DNA of 64,000 nucleotides from Paragordius varius (GCA_964247055.1 OZ176054.1:11470001-11534000); one strand, 5' to 3'; counted from the first letter of the stretch, positions 13,981 through 28,711 are shown. The notes: a model not told the origin generated them from the sequence alone. Translations and numbers: made by a program.

Positions 13981-14369
13981 CAATATATATGGACCAAAAT
14001 ATCATTTTTGTGTATATTTCACTGATTTCTTTTTAAATTGGGAGTATCCAGCACTTATGCCTACCCGTGTCGCATTACAAAATATATCTTTTCAATAAAT
14101 TTAACACATATCAAACACAGCACAAAAATGAAATTATAGCACCGATATATGGACTAATTATTTAATTTTTGTTATTTTACTGGAACATTTTAACATATTG
14201 AATTTCATATTAAATTCGGTGAGATCCTAAAATTATGTAAATATATTCACGGTTTTCGCATATATAAAAATAACAAGAACGTCATGACCTAGGTCTAAAT
14301 CTGATTTATTTTTTAGAGAGAAGTAATTTGAGAATAAATAATGTCCAAAAAAATACCCTGTTGAAATAT

Positions 14370-15420
14370 TATTCTGATAGATAAATATATCATGATTATT
14401 ATGCTAGTCTTGGATTTTACAAAGGGAAGTGCTCCATATCAGAAAATAAAAAAATTTACGCTTATTTATTTCTTTTGGTGCCATAACTATATATCACAAA
14501 CCTTTATCTTGCCTGAAAAAAAATTCAACAATATGTGTGCAAATCTTGGCACTTATGTGGAGTGGTTACCACAAAAATGTTTAAAACTTTCTTTCACTCA
14601 TAACCAAAGGCACCATGATGATTCTGACATATTTTTTTTGAGAATATATATATGAATTTTAAATAAATGCTAAATTTTAATATTAACAAAGAGTAGTTAA
14701 AAAAAAGCTGTTTTTTTCAAAATTATTTTCATCAAAACGTTGTAGCTTACTTCATACAATTTAAGCCTAATGAGACGGTATATAAATGCTTAAAGATGCT
14801 AGAATATAATCAGCTTATTTAGAATATATTCGTTTGTGTTTAAATTTATGTTAAACATAGAGTTTTTTTACAAAAATTACTCAAAATTTTAAAAGCAAAA
14901 ATTTTTTTAATTAAATAAAGGATAGAAATGTTCAGCATCCTAAAATGTTTAATGTATTTTCATTTTCATCCCTAAGAATAGGAATCCGTTAGAAACCGGA
15001 GCTAAACAACCGACTGACTACAATAATGTTTTTTTAAACCCGCCATAAATTTCCCATCTTCTAATTTCCCTTTCTTGACAATATTATTAACTATATATCA
15101 TTTTCAATCGAACACATAAACATACACCATAAACAAATTGAAGTAGTGTTATTCATATTTAAGCGCAACTATGAAAAGGGTTAATTAAGAGTAAATAAAC
15201 ATTTTTTAAGAGAATGAAAGGTTAAAAATGCCGTTGTGTTTGGTACATTTATGCCTTTTTGCCAAGGTGTCAATACAACATTTCTATCCATTTCTATTAA
15301 AAGAACCGTAATTCAACGCCCCTTAATATAACGCTTGTGAAATCACACCACTAGCTCTTTTTTTCCAACACCAGGTTATTGAAGGATCTGTTGAAAGACA
15401 CATAATTGAGTAAATTTATT
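14370..15420 (-). pseudogene. Heavily decayed class A GPCR-like relic from a second family
   Basis: Minus-strand motifs in TM order: LLIEMDRNVVLTPW (DRY-like, ~15280), F*TFLW*PLHI (FxxCWxP-like, ~14565), then a hydrophobic TM7-like stretch. Many stops. Confidence 0.35.
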
Positions 15421-15699
15421 ATAATTTTTTGGTTAAACGGGGTCTGTGTAATGGAAACATGAATGGAAAAAAATGGATTGTAATTGATGATTGCTTAAAC
15501 TTTATCATAGGTATAGTGATACGTGGACGCATTTAAAGTTTTTGAAGTTTTGGCTCCTTGGGGAAAAACGGAGGGAATAAAAAATCCTGGATCGGAAGAA
15601 TATTTTTTCGAATTTATCACCACTTTGTACACTACTATTATAATAATCTAAATAGCTATGATAATGCCAGTTGTATAATTTTTGTATTGATTATTGTAC

Positions 15700-16235
15700 T
15701 AGTTTTGATTATATACTTTATAATTACCACTCATGTAAGATTCCAAAATAAAAGAGTATAAATTTTTTTGTACATTCAAACATGAAAAAAAATAAAAATA
15801 TAAAAAACAATTTTTTTTGATATTGAAATATAAGTTTTTTACTGAATAAAATATAAATATTTAGAATTTATTAGTGAATTCTAGTAAATATTAAAAAATA
15901 TTTAATATAGTTTCATAAAAGTTTTTATCTTTTAAGTATCAGAAGAAAATGCCATCTTTTTAGCTGAAATTATAAAAACTCTATAACAGTTTTAGGCTAT
16001 TTATTTATTGAAAATATATCTTAAAGTGATAATAAACCATAATATCTCAAATTATATCATTATTTTTTGTATTATCCTTAATTATCCCTATTTTTCACTT
16101 TTTGCCCAATTTCGATTTTTCAATATTTCATAATCTAGGTTGTCAACAAATAATATTGTGTAAATTGAATTCGCTGGTCACAAACCACATGAAAAAATTT
16201 TTTTGTTAAAAATTAACCCTCTTTCCACACAAACA
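15700..16235. repeat. Solo arm of the foldback family at 2599-3640
   Basis: Similar to 3220-3640 (GATAATAAACCATAAT, GCTGGTCA, ATGAAAAAATTTTTTG), ending in a match to the element terminus. Confidence 0.6.
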
Positions 16236-16249
16236 GTTTTTTACTTAAC

Positions 16250-18350
16250 TTCCGATTGTTTCCGAATGGATGGAATTGCGGCTTATAATCTCAGACCTCA
16301 CATTTCTGGCCATATATATAATAATATAATTTTTCTAACCCAAATAGCAAAGCCTTCCAACAGAATAATTTTTCTCTGCATTCTGGCTTTTTCTTGACAT
16401 GAATGCAATTGGTATCATTATCTTATTCTCCATTTGCAAAAGGACAGCTCTAAAGCCTTTTGTAGACGCATCCACTTGTATTAATGTTTTATTATTTATG
16501 TTATAAATGGCAAGTAGAGATTCTCTTGATATTAGTTTTTTGCTTGCTTACATTTTGATGTTCTTGCGACATCTCCATTCCTTTTTGGATCCTGTTAGTG
16601 CATGTAGATTACTAACTTCCCTTTCTGGATCCTGTTAGTGCATGTAGATTACTAACTTCCCTTTCTGGATCCTGTTAGTGCATGTAGATTACTAACTTTG
16701 ACATGTAAGCCAGGAATAAAACGTTTATAAAAATTAAGCAATCCCAAAATCGATCTTAAATCAGTTTTATTGGTAGGTGTCGCACATTTCTTAATGGCGT
16801 CAATTTTATCTTGTACACGACGAATTTCTTGTTTTAATAGCTCAAAACTTAGGAATTTAATATTGTTTTGAGTTAGGGTATCGTTAAGATTTTTATCATA
16901 TTCATCTTTCGTTTTACCAACAATCAATACATCGTCGAGGTAAGCCATTGTGCCCCTGCAATCTTTGAATACCTCATTCATTATTCTCTAGAAAAGCATG
17001 GGGGAAACCTTCAATCCAATTTGTAGACGATTAAATTGGAAATATCCCATCAAAATAGTAATAACCAAATATTTTTTGCTCTCCTCATCCACCGGAATTT
17101 GAAGGTAAGCGTCCAAATGGACAAGAACCATGTCGATCCCGCACATTTAGACGCGATCGTGTCAAATGTCGGGATAATCTGAGATATGTTCTCCATCAAA
17201 GAATTGATTGTTACCCGGAAAACAGCGTACACCCTGATTTCCCATTAGTTTTTACGACGTTAACCGTAGGAGTCGCCCATTCCACATGGTCTTGTGTAGG
17301 ATCAACAGGACTCACTATCAGGTCCATCAGTCTCTGCATTTCTATTTCTACTTTACTCTGTGGTGCCAATGAAATTCGCCGTGCAGTGCGGACTTTTGGT
17401 TTTGCATCTGATCGAAACCTACAATTTAACAGGATCACTGTTGTAACAACCCAAATCCCCGTTAAAGAGTTTTGGGAATCGCTTAAATACATCATCATGA
17501 TCATTATTATTATTATATATTATTTGATTAGCTTTCACGTTATCCGGTAAGGTCATGCCACAACCAATGATCCAAGGCAGCCCAAATATCAGAGATATCT
17601 CTTCTTCCGTCACAAAACATTCTAATTTCTTAGTAATCCTTCCCATTGTTACATTAACAACTGTTTTTCCCAAGAGTTTTATTGGGTTGTTTCCGCAGAA
17701 AGTTAATATGGGAGCACGTTTTAGTAACGGAGCTCCCACCGTCTTCCATACATTTTTATTAATCAGAGAAGCAACAGCTCTAATATCAAAAACCATACTG
17801 ACAGCTTGGCCATTAATCGTAGCGAATATCGTTTTTTATGGCTTGCCTGAAAATGATTTTTTTTACAATTGTGGCATTTCCGAACGCGGGACATTGTTTA
17901 GTTATATGCGATTTACCACATTTGCCACATCCCCGCTTTCATTTATTATTTTAGCCATCATTTTTTTATACTCCTGATTATTACTATTATTATTATTATT
18001 ATTATTACAATTATTATTATTATTATTCGACCGATTAAATTTTGGGATACTGCTTGGCGACACATGGGAGGCAATATCGGCCCTTGCAAGTTCCTGAGCC
18101 AAGACCATGTCGACAATGGTGGTTAATGACACCGCCTTCCCATCATACTTCGCATCAGGGAATCGTTAATAAAGATCCACCTCCAATGATTGCAAGTTTA
18201 ATTCAGCCACAAAACTGTCTCTAATTATCTCCTCCATGTTTGGAATTCAGCCTTTTCCGCCACACTCTTGTTTGCAAAAATTTCGTAAATGTTTCTCCAT
18301 CATTTCTCCGCAAACTCAAACCTTGCAGCGAAGACAGACTTGGCGGGTGA
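16250..18350 (-). mobile_element. Ty3/Gypsy LTR retrotransposon internal fragment (gag-protease-RT-RNase H); no LTR or integrase seen
   Basis: Gag EEIIRDSFVA; decayed protease FDIRAVASLI; RT EWATPTVNVVKTNG and MAYLDDVLIVG; LRSILGLLNFYKRFIP; RNase H VDAS, IAFMSRK..NAEKNY and YIYGQKCEV*DYKP. Multiple frameshifts. Confidence 0.92.
16581..16698. repeat. Three tandem copies of a 40-bp unit inside the Gypsy RT
   Basis: CTTT(T/C)TGGATCCTGTTAGTGCATGTAGATTACTAACTT starts at 16581, 16621 and 16661, with no spacers. Confidence 0.95.
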
Positions 18351-20762
18351 GAAAATAATATTCGGTGGGAGATATAATTGGAAAAATATTAGTAGATATC
18401 CAAAAAAAATATTAAGATAAAATGATAACAAGCTGCGTAGTCTGAAAACTTACATGGTGATGAGAAATAAATTTTGAATCTATCCTTCGATAGATAAACA
18501 GGATAATGAATATATATAATGTATGCGATTGAAATATTAGAAAAAAAAGATAATTTATTTTTTTCTGCCATTAGCCAAAACCAAATATCACATTTTTATT
18601 GAATATTTGGTCAAATAAAATGCACAACTAATAAAAACGTAAAAAAATTTTATTTGATTTAATATAGCATAAGGATAATTATGAACATAAAATATATCGG
18701 CAAAGTTTCACCTTTTTTTGAAGGCCCTAGAAATATTTACAAGAATATAAGCTAATTTTAGGATTAATAATCATAAAATTTGCCAATAAATAAAAGATTT
18801 TAATTTATATTAAAACATCATATATTTACAAGCGTAGTTTGCATTTCTGGCGTCAGGTGCATTATAGTGTCAACCCATCCCCCTCCATGCAACCGCTTAT
18901 AAACATGTTCAAATGTTAAGCCTATTCATAAGTGGCCAATTTTTTATGCATTATTTAAAATAATAACTTGCAAATACAATTTTTGTAATAAAATTTGAAA
19001 TTTTTCTCTAACTATAGGACCCAGTGCATTAAACCCGCTTCCAACCTCCCTCTTGGCTACGCTGCATATATTAAATCTAAATATAACTACAATATATCGC
19101 TTTTAACAAAAATTTTAGCTCTATATAAAAAATTTTTCGATATTTTGCACCAAAGCGGAATTTTTACAAAAAAAATCCAATATATATTTCCATACAATTC
19201 AATGCTTAAAAAAGTCTATCGACTCAGATTGTTAATTGGGGGAATTGTTATGTTTTAAAGACTGTAAAGCCAAGATGTCTCCAAAAATATATAATTAAGA
19301 TTTTGGGGCAAAAAATTCCTTAATCTTTTTTATATAAGGCGTATTTTTGAAGGGGCCACATTGGGTGATATATATATAAACATATATATCTAGAGTTTTA
19401 TATATATTGGCTTTAATAAAAATTAAATCTTTTACCATATATTAATAAGGTTTTTTACATATTTGACGACAAAGTCCGATTTTTTAACTAATATTCTGGG
19501 CGTAAAAATGTATAATCTTTGTTGATTATATTTTGCGTTTGGATTTATCCTTATGCTATTTTGACACCTTCTTTGTATATTTAATTTTATTCTAATATGC
19601 TAAAAAAATGCGAATTTTTAATTGACTAATCTTTTCTAGTTAAAGCATATATCATTTCAATGTTCAATATCATGAAGATTTTATATGATGTATAATTCAT
19701 TAACTTTAATTATAAATCCTCTTTGCCGCACAATGTTATTCTCAAATTTAGCCAACACATTATATTTTTAATAAAATGTTTTTATCTTTATAACAATAAT
19801 TCGACATTACATTTTGTAGGATCCATAAAAAAAGGTTCTTTGGTTTCTACCTATACCTTGCTTCTTATAGGGAAAATTTTAGTGTTTTTTTCGAATAAAA
19901 CGCCTTTTACGAATGCAATTCAAATAGTGTTTTATTTTAATACATTTTCACTTTTTCCTAGATATTTTGGTAGCTTTACAGTTTATTTTGTAAATAAGCG
20001 ACAGTTTTGAAAATGATTTTATTAAAATTTAATTATCAACATTGTTCTCATGCATTAAATAAAAAAGCTTATATTTTTTACAGTTTTGTAACGTCTAAAA
20101 TCTAAAAGCACAGCTCCAAAACATGATTGAAACGAACAGCTGATATTAAAACAAAATATTGCTCGTAAAATATAGTAGAAAGTCTTTTAAAATTATTTTG
20201 CATCTTCTAACCATATACATTTATTTGCCGGTAGCATTATCGATTTAAAATAATATGAAAAAAATGACGGAAAAAAATGAAGGTTTTTAATACAAATTCA
20301 CCCTTTTTAAAAAAATTTTTTGTATAATCCGCCTATAAGGTGAAAAGCATCTTCAAACTCGGCTTTACACCTTAAATATTTTAAGATATTTAAATTTTAA
20401 ATCCCTCCGGGATATAAAACTGCCCCAAAAGGAAATGGTGTGTTTATTATGTTTTCGACTATTTAATCGAAACATTGTCATATTTATGGAAATAAAATAT
20501 ATGGATTATAATATCTTTTATTAAATAATAGGATAGTAAGCTTCTCAATAATCCTATTATTCTTTTCATTTTTTACTTGATTAATATAAAGAAAGGGCCA
20601 GGTTATTTTGTTTATTATATTTTATGAAAGATTGTACAGGTTATTTTACAATTCAATAAAGAAAAGTGATAACACCTTTAGAAAACCCCTTCATAAATAA
20701 TTATTGGAAAACTTATATATTTATCAGCTTTTCTGGAAATAGGATTATCTTATATTTACACA

Positions 20763-21839
20763 ATGAAAATAATATATGACTATTCAATAGATAACCTTAT
20801 CAAACAAACGTATGGTCAAATCAGCATCGATATTATGCGGATTTTTTTTACTTTAACAATGTTGCTGTATTTTTGTTACTCTATTTGGAGAAAAAAAGTC
20901 CAAATGAATATGACCCGATGTGGTTTATGTACTCTAATACTATGTTACCGAATGACATTAGATTCCATCAATGTCCTATTAAATGTGGTTTTAATTGTTC
21001 CCAAAGAAAGAAATTTTTCTGTCATTTGCAAACTTTTAGCAATTAAAAATGATATGTCTATATTCAGTTTTATTCTTTCACATTATTTTATCATAAGCGT
21101 CCTAAATCAAAGTGAACGTGGCCTATTTAAAATAAATAGTAGGAAAAGGACTTTAAAGTGTTTTCCTACGTGGTAAATGTTTTTTACATGATAACATCCA
21201 TCATATATTTAATATGGGTAATTTGCATTCAAACAAATTTGTGGTTGTGAATCAGAATGAAACTCTAAATATATCTTCACCCAAATATCCTTACTGCATT
21301 ACCAATAGTAGTTTTCGAAACGATTCCGTTTCAAAACAGGAGACAATTGATTGGTATTTGTTTTCAATTGTCTGCCTAATTACATTTATGATCTTGCTTC
21401 AATCTCTCTACACCTTTGATCGGAGATATAGACAATTGAGCAATCTGCGTAAGAATGCGCTATTTAAACAACTTATGGAACAAAAAATATTTTATAACCT
21501 TAACACAGTCCTAATATCGGCTATGATATCCATTGATTTACCCCCAAAACCAAATGTAACTAGAACGGCCGTCCGACTTAAAAAATATCTCGTAGCTAAA
21601 CGGATAAATCGCAAAATATTAGTGGTTTTAAGTTTATACACAGGGACGTTTTATTTAACTTTATTATAACAGTTATCAGGAAACGTTTGTCTATCTCTCT
21701 TTACATTTTGGATGCAAAAATGTTTGAAATTTTTACGATGACATATATGGAGCTCAGGCTACAAGCCTATAATAACATTATGAAAATTATTTATTCTAAC
21801 CAAAGAAATGCTGGTTCAATAGGTGTGGAATGCGTTTAA
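20763..21839 (+). pseudogene. 7TM/GPCR-like pseudogene, copy 2
   Basis: ORFs 20763-21176 and 21214-21669 plus the tail ILDAKMFEIFTMTYMELRLQAY. Indels at about 21165-21220 and about 21660 break the frame. Confidence 0.75.
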
Positions 21840-22464
21840 ATAATAAATAAAACATACATTATACTGTGTAAGTTCAAATACATTATTCTTATTTTGATAC
21901 TTTTATTCTAGCTAATTAGAAAAAAAGGGGTTACGATGAATATAAAAAATAGATTTAAAGAAATCAATTTATTTTTTAGAATTCTTTTGTTGTAAAATCA
22001 TTATAATAAAAAAACATAAATTTCAATATTAATATTTTAATAAAATATATATGAACCAAAATATTAATTCTGTGTAAAAATTCACTGATTCCTAATAAAT
22101 TGGGGGTGTCTAACACTTAAGGCCTTTCGGGTTGCATTATAAAATATAACAAATGCATCATTAAATATTTTAGCATATATCAAAAAAAAAATGTAAATGA
22201 AATTACCCGATATAACTACTAATTATATAATTTTTATTTCGATGGAATATTTAAAAAAACATATTTAGATTCGTTTATTAAATTAAGAAGGTAAGCTTAT
22301 CCTAAAAATTTTTTGACATTCACGGTTTTCGCATATAAAATTTGAACGAAGGATTTAAAAGGACTCATATCAATATATAAGGTTACAAGATTAACTTCCC
22401 CATTGCCAAACAATTAATGGTGTTATGAATAAAATTCCGAAATATTATTATTGGAAAATAATAT

Positions 22465-24480
22465 TTATAATCTATATATTTATAAAAATGGAAAATGCTG
22501 GCTTTGTGATCTGTTTCCGGAAAACGGGTAAACCCATTCAAATCCAAATATCGAAAAAATATAATCAATAATGAATGCCCCGACAATAGCTTCGCCCTTT
22601 TTTGAATGAGGCCCCCAGTTCGGGCCCACCTCGTGTAAAAAATGGGTTTTTTTTGAAAACAGAAATCCACAAAAATCGTGTCTTTGAGACAATTTTCCGG
22701 AGAACGTGTTGGACCATTCAATTTCAAATTTGATTTTTGTTTAGTTATTTTCGATTGCGCCGAACATAGTCGGCTCGCTTTTTTAATCTAGGCCCTCTTT
22801 TTACCCGCTCCCCCCATAAAATGCCATTTTTTTCAAAAAACCAAGTCCACAAAAATAATTTTTTGAATTATTCGCCTAAGGTATGCGACCGTAAAAATTC
22901 AATGAGGATTCCAGGTATTCCCTGTTAAAAGGCAAAAATTTTAATCGTTGGTTTCTTTTACATTGGCTGCTGGGTAAGAAGATATCCGCTAAAAACTGCC
23001 CCGTCATATTGAAATAGCTTTGTTTAGAAGTTGATTTTCAGATAACCTAGCAGGCCATATAAGTTTAATAGCTGCTTAAAATAATACCAGTAACAAAGAA
23101 ATAGGTTCTGGGGTTATTTAAAATTAGCCCATAATTATACCCTTCACGCCCTAAAAAATGCGCCACCATAGAATGATTTTTAAGGTAATTTGTCCGAAAA
23201 CTAATGAGAGCGTATGGAATCATACAGGATTTCAGGTATTCTCCGTAACAAGGGAAAAATTTTAATTAAGCTCTTTTTTGTATCAGCCTCTGATAGGGAA
23301 ACTGCGCCACCATATCGAAACTGCGTTGTTTAAGAGTTAATTTTCACGAAACTTATCAGGCCAAATAAGTTTAATAAGGGCCTGAAATTTTACCCATAAA
23401 TAGGCAAAAATTTGTTCGTAGAGTTTTTTTTAATTAGCCGTTAATTAGACCCTTAACGCCCTAAAGCGCTATAATTGAATTTTAGTTTTAAAGCCATTTT
23501 CCAAAAACTATCAATAACATACGGAATGGACGATGGTTCCAGGTATTCACCTATAAAGGCAAATTTTATATTGAACGTATTATTGGCCTCAGGGTAGGGT
23601 GCTATCCGCCTACTTCGCCACCATATACAGCGTCATTTTGGAGGCAAATTTTAGAAAACTTATCAGATATTAGTTCAATAAGCGCTTGAAATATTACCCG
23701 TATAAAGGTAAAATTTAAATTGGGTGGTTTTATTAAATTACCCCATAACTAGACCTTTCCCCTAAATGATGCGCCACTTAGAATGACTTTTTTGAGTATT
23801 TGAAAATCCCACGAGAGCATATGGAATTAATCATGATTCCAGGTATTCGAATTAAGGCAAAAAATTTAATCGAGCGTTTTTTGTTTCGCCCTTGGGTAGG
23901 GGGCTACCCGCCTAAAACTGCGTCACCATATCGATACAGCCTGCCTTTGGAGCCGAATTTCAGAAAACCTATGAGACAAATAGGAACTTATGGATTTATT
24001 TCCCATATAAAGTCAAAAATTTTGCCTCATGCTTTTATATACCCACCTCTGGGTAAGGAGCTAGCCGTCAAAAACTGCGCCACTATATAGAAATTGCGTT
24101 GTTCTGGAGCTATACGAAGCCATATGAGCTCATTAAAACCTCGAAATATTATCAGTAACTATGTAAAAATAGTCAGGCGTTTTTTAGCCGTTAATTTGGG
24201 CCTTTATGCCCTAAAAATACGCCATAATGTAATGATTATTTAGTATTGAGGTATTATTCCAATAAACGATAGTATCAAATATGATTCCAAATATTTGTCT
24301 TATAAAAGCCATATGGGTCTATGGGTAGGGGCCTACTGGTTCAAAACTGAGACGCCATACAAAAATGGCCTGGGTTTGTAGAATTTCAAAGCAGCCATAC
24401 GAGTTCACTTTAACATATTTCGGGGAATTCGTATAATATCATTCTTTTTTTAAAAAGGGACCGCAAATGATTTACTTTTA
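22465..24480. repeat. ~160/320-bp tandem array (segment A, copy 2)
   Basis: Collinear with 3715-5720. Dimer starts at about 22900, 23225, 23550 and 23830. Confidence 0.8.
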
Positions 24481-25218
24481 TTATGTCCCTTGATCCCAGC
24501 TGTGTGAACTCAGCTTCGAATAAAACTTTTAACGGTGATTTCGTAAAATTTTTTAAAATAAATCCAATGATAGTTGAATAACAACTTTATTAAGGGACAT
24601 ATAAATATGGTCATTTTCAAGTAAACAATTTTTGACCCTATACAAAAACGAAAAGAAAAATTAAGACATTTTTATTAAATATGTTTTTTATTATATTTTA
24701 TCTTCATTATCTCTATTTATTGCATAAGAATAATTATCGGTGACAGATATAATTGGAAAAATATAATTATAATATTAAAAAAATAAACTTAAGTGCTATT
24801 AAATGATAACAAGCTGCGTAGTCTGAAAACTAACATGGTGCGCAGAAATAAATTTTAATGAATCATATATCATTCTATATATTAAAGCTTCAGGATATAT
24901 TGATAAAGTACGAGGTTAAAATAGTAGAAAGTTATTTTAATTTTTTTCTGCCATTAGCCAAAACCAATCACATTTTTATTGTATATTAGGTCTAATAAAT
25001 TCACAATAAATGAAAACGTAACGGAATTTTATTTGATTAAATATAGGATAAGCATAATTTTAATCACAAAATACTATCAGCAAAGTTTCATTTTTCGAAG
25101 GGTCCCAGAATGATATACAAGAATATAATTTAAAATATTATATTTTAGGTTAATAATCATAAAACTTTCTAATATGCGGTAAAAGATTTTGATTTTTATT
25201 AAAACAATCATATATTTA

Positions 25219-25462
25219 GAGGGGTAGCTAGCATTTCTGTAGCCAGGTGCATGTATCCATGGTGGCACCCCCTTCCCCCCCCCATGCAACCGCCAATTTA
25301 AAAAGATTTTTAAACCCTATTCATAAATGGCCAATTTTTTATGTATTATTTAAAGTGATAAATTTTAAATACATTTTTTATAATAAAAATTAAAATTTTT
25401 TAAAATACCCCTTCAACTATAGCGCCTAGTGCATCAGACCCGTTCCCTCCGCCTTCGCCCCT
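25219..25462. mobile_element. ~240-bp MITE-like insertion in segment B (paralog at about 18827-19067)
   Basis: GC-rich ends AGGGGTAGCTAG and C(T)TCGCCCCTG, or GCTACGCTG in the paralog, resemble hAT-derived MITE TIRs. The match is degenerate. Confidence 0.4.
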
Positions 25463-27624
25463 GCATATATTAAACATATATATAACAGCAATATATAGCC
25501 TTCAACAAAATTTGTAGCCTTATATAAAAAAATTTTTTTCGATAATTTGCACCAAAGCGGAATTTAGAAACATTCAATATATATTTCCATACAATTCAAT
25601 TCAGAAAAAAGTCTATCGACTCAGATTTTTAATTTAGGGAATTTTTATGCCCTAAAGCCAGTCATAAAAGCCAAGATGGCTCCAAAAATATATAATCTAG
25701 TTTTCGGGTAAAAAATTCCTTAATCAAAAACCTGAGATGTTAGATCTTTTTTTCTGCATCGAAATGAATGGATAAGGTATTTACAATATATATATTGGAA
25801 GTTTTGTAAAAATTATAGGCAGCCGCTTTTGTACAAATTATCGAAAAAATTTCTTTTTTATATAAGGCGCAATTTTTTTGAATGCGATATATTGGGTAAT
25901 ATATGTATATGTAGAATTTAATATATAATTGCTTTAATAAAAATCAAAATCATTTACCTCATATTAATAAGGTTTTATGATTCATATTTGACGACAAAGT
26001 CCGATTTTTTAGCTAATATTTTGAATATTTCTGGGGCCCTCGTAAAAATGTAAAATCTTTGTTTATATATTGCGTTTGGAATTATCCTTATGCTATATTG
26101 AAACAAATAAAATTTAGTTGGCACGTTTTCTTCTATATTTAATTTTATTTAACCTAATATGCGAAAAAAATGTGATTTTTAATCTAATAACAAAAAAATT
26201 AAATAATATTTATAATATGTAAAGCATATATCATTTCGATATTTATTATCATGAAGATTTTCTAGCGAATGATATAAGATTCATTAACCTTTATTTTTTA
26301 AACTCCATTTTCGCCGCACAGTGCTATGCTTGAATTTAGCTAACATCTTATTTGGGTAGATTTTTTAGTAATCTTTATAACATTTGTTAACAATAATTAA
26401 ACATTATATTTTGTAGGATTCATAAAAAAAGATTTTCTTGGTTTCTACTTATACACGCGCCTCATGCTTCTTATAGGGAAAATTTTAGTGTTTTCCCGGC
26501 TGTTTTTTTCGAATAAAACGCTTTTTATGAATAGTATTTTCAATAAATTTTTTTCACTTTTTTGTCCTAGTTTACATTTTGGCTGAGCTAAATTTTGTAA
26601 ATAAACTACAGTTTTAAAATTATTTTATTAAATTTTAAAACTTTGTTATCAGGTATTATATGAAATTGTAAATTATTTTATCAAAATTTAATTATCAACA
26701 TTGTTTTCATGTATTAAATAAAAGTGCTTATATTTTTTACAGTTCGTGACTTCTGAAATCAAAAATTAGCACAGCTCTAAAACACGATTAAAACGAACAT
26801 CTGATATAAACACAAATATATTTCAAGTTTTGCTGGTAAAATGTAGCAAGAAAGCTTTTTAAAGTTAATTTACATCTACTAACCATTATTTGCCGGTTGC
26901 ATTATCGATTTTAAAAAAATATAACAAAATGGTGGCAAAAAATAAAAGTTTTTTACAATTTTATCTTTTTAAAAACATTTTTTTGTATGCGCCTATTAGA
27001 CCAAAGAAAGCATATTTTTAAACGGCTTTACATCTTATATATTTTTTAACACATTCAAATTTCTCGCTCTGGGATATAAAACTGCCCCAAAAAATGGTGT
27101 GTTTATCATGTTTTCTATTATTTAATCAAAACTTTGTGATATTTATGGGATAATATATGGATTATATCTTTTATTTAATAATACGGTAGTAAGCTTTTCA
27201 TAAAACTATTATTCCTTTCATTTTTAAAAATATAAAGAGGGAAATAGGCCAGGTAAATTGTATATTATTTTATAAAAGATTGTACAAGTTTTTCTACAAT
27301 AAATTAATAAAGAAAAAAGATAACATTTTTAGAAAACCCATTAGGATTTAGGGGTGAACAGGAAATATTTGCGAACTATAATTTTTAGTGATGACATCAA
27401 GAAAATAATATCCATCATTCATTAATTAATTTTAAAATCAGTGTAGCTTATTTTAAGTGGATTGTATATTTAAGACTTTTCTAAGTAATCCGTATATTAA
27501 TTCTTAACTGTGTCACATCAGTAATCGCTTTAACAGGCTAATACCCCTCTATCAAAAATATTTATTGGAAAAACTTATATATTTATCAGCTTTTCTGAAA
27601 ATAGGATAATCTTATATTTACACA

Positions 27625-28711
27625 ATGAAAATAATATATGACTATTCAATAGATAACCTTATCAAACGAACGTATGGTCAAATCAGCATTGATTTTATGA
27701 GGATTTTTTTTACTTTAACTATGTTGATTTATTTTTATTATTCTGTTTTGGCTTGGAGGGGAAAAAAGTCCGAATAATATGTCCCGATGTGGTTGATGCA
27801 CCCTAATACTATGTTACCGAATGGCCTTAGATTCAATCTATGTCTTATTAAATGTGGTTTTAATTGTTCCCAAAAAAAGAAATTTTTCTGTCATTTGCAA
27901 ACTTTTAGCAATTAAAATTGACACGTCTAGACTCAGTTTTATTTTCACACATTATTTTATAACAAGCGTCCTGAATCAAAGCGAAAGTGACCTGTTTAAA
28001 ATAAATAGTAGGAAAAGGGCTTCATAGTGGTTTATTTGCGTAGCTAATGCATTTTACACTGTATCATCCATCATATATTTAAGCTGGATAATTTGTCTGG
28101 CTCATGGCACCTCAAATACACTTCAGATGAATCAGAATGGAACAGGTATTTTTTTTACCAATTACCCTTACTGCATTACTAGCAGTCGTCGAAACGGTTT
28201 CTTTTCCAAACAAGAGACAATAGATTGGTGTCTGTATTTAATTGCCTACCTAATTACATTTATGATCTTAATTCAATCTATATATACATTTGGCCGGAGA
28301 TATAACCAATTGACTAATTTGCGTAAAAATATGCTATTCAAACAACTTATGGAACAAATAATATTTTACAACTTTAATACAGTCTTTATATCAGCGGCGA
28401 TATCCATTGATTTACCCCCAAAACCAAATGTAACTAAAAGGACCGCCCGGTTAAAAAAATATCTCATAGCCAAACGGATAAATCGTAAAATATTAGTGGT
28501 GTTAAGTTTATACACAGGGGCTTTTTAATTAATATTTATTATAACGGTTAACAGGAAACGTTTGTTTATTTCTCTCTATATTTTGGATGCAAAAATGTTT
28601 GAAATTTTTATCATGACTTATATGGAGCTCAGGCTACAAGCCTACACCAACATTATGAAAATTATTCATAACCAAAGCAATGCTGGTCCAATAGGCGTGC
28701 GCTGCTTTTAA
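27625..28711 (+). pseudogene. 7TM/GPCR-like pseudogene, copy 3 (closest to intact, ~360 codons)
   Basis: Two 1-nt deletions at about 27765-27778. TAG at 28025 where the paralogs have AAG, and TAA at 28526 where they have TAT. Otherwise one frame through TM2-TM7 to TAA at 28709-28711. Confidence 0.78.

Noticed and set aside
16581-16698. CRISPR-like 40-bp repeats
   Set aside because: The copies are contiguous with no spacers and sit inside a Gypsy RT; this is a slippage duplication in a eukaryotic genome.
17555-18224. Plus-strand ORFs of 140 and 60 aa as host genes
   Set aside because: They are antisense to the Gypsy gag/protease region.
27625-28711. Stop-codon reassignment, readthrough or programmed frameshifting rescuing the 7TM genes
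   Set aside because: The lesions mostly differ between copies and the paralogs have ordinary sense codons at those sites. The 2193-codon HEATR5 ORF has no TAA/TAG, which supports the standard code.
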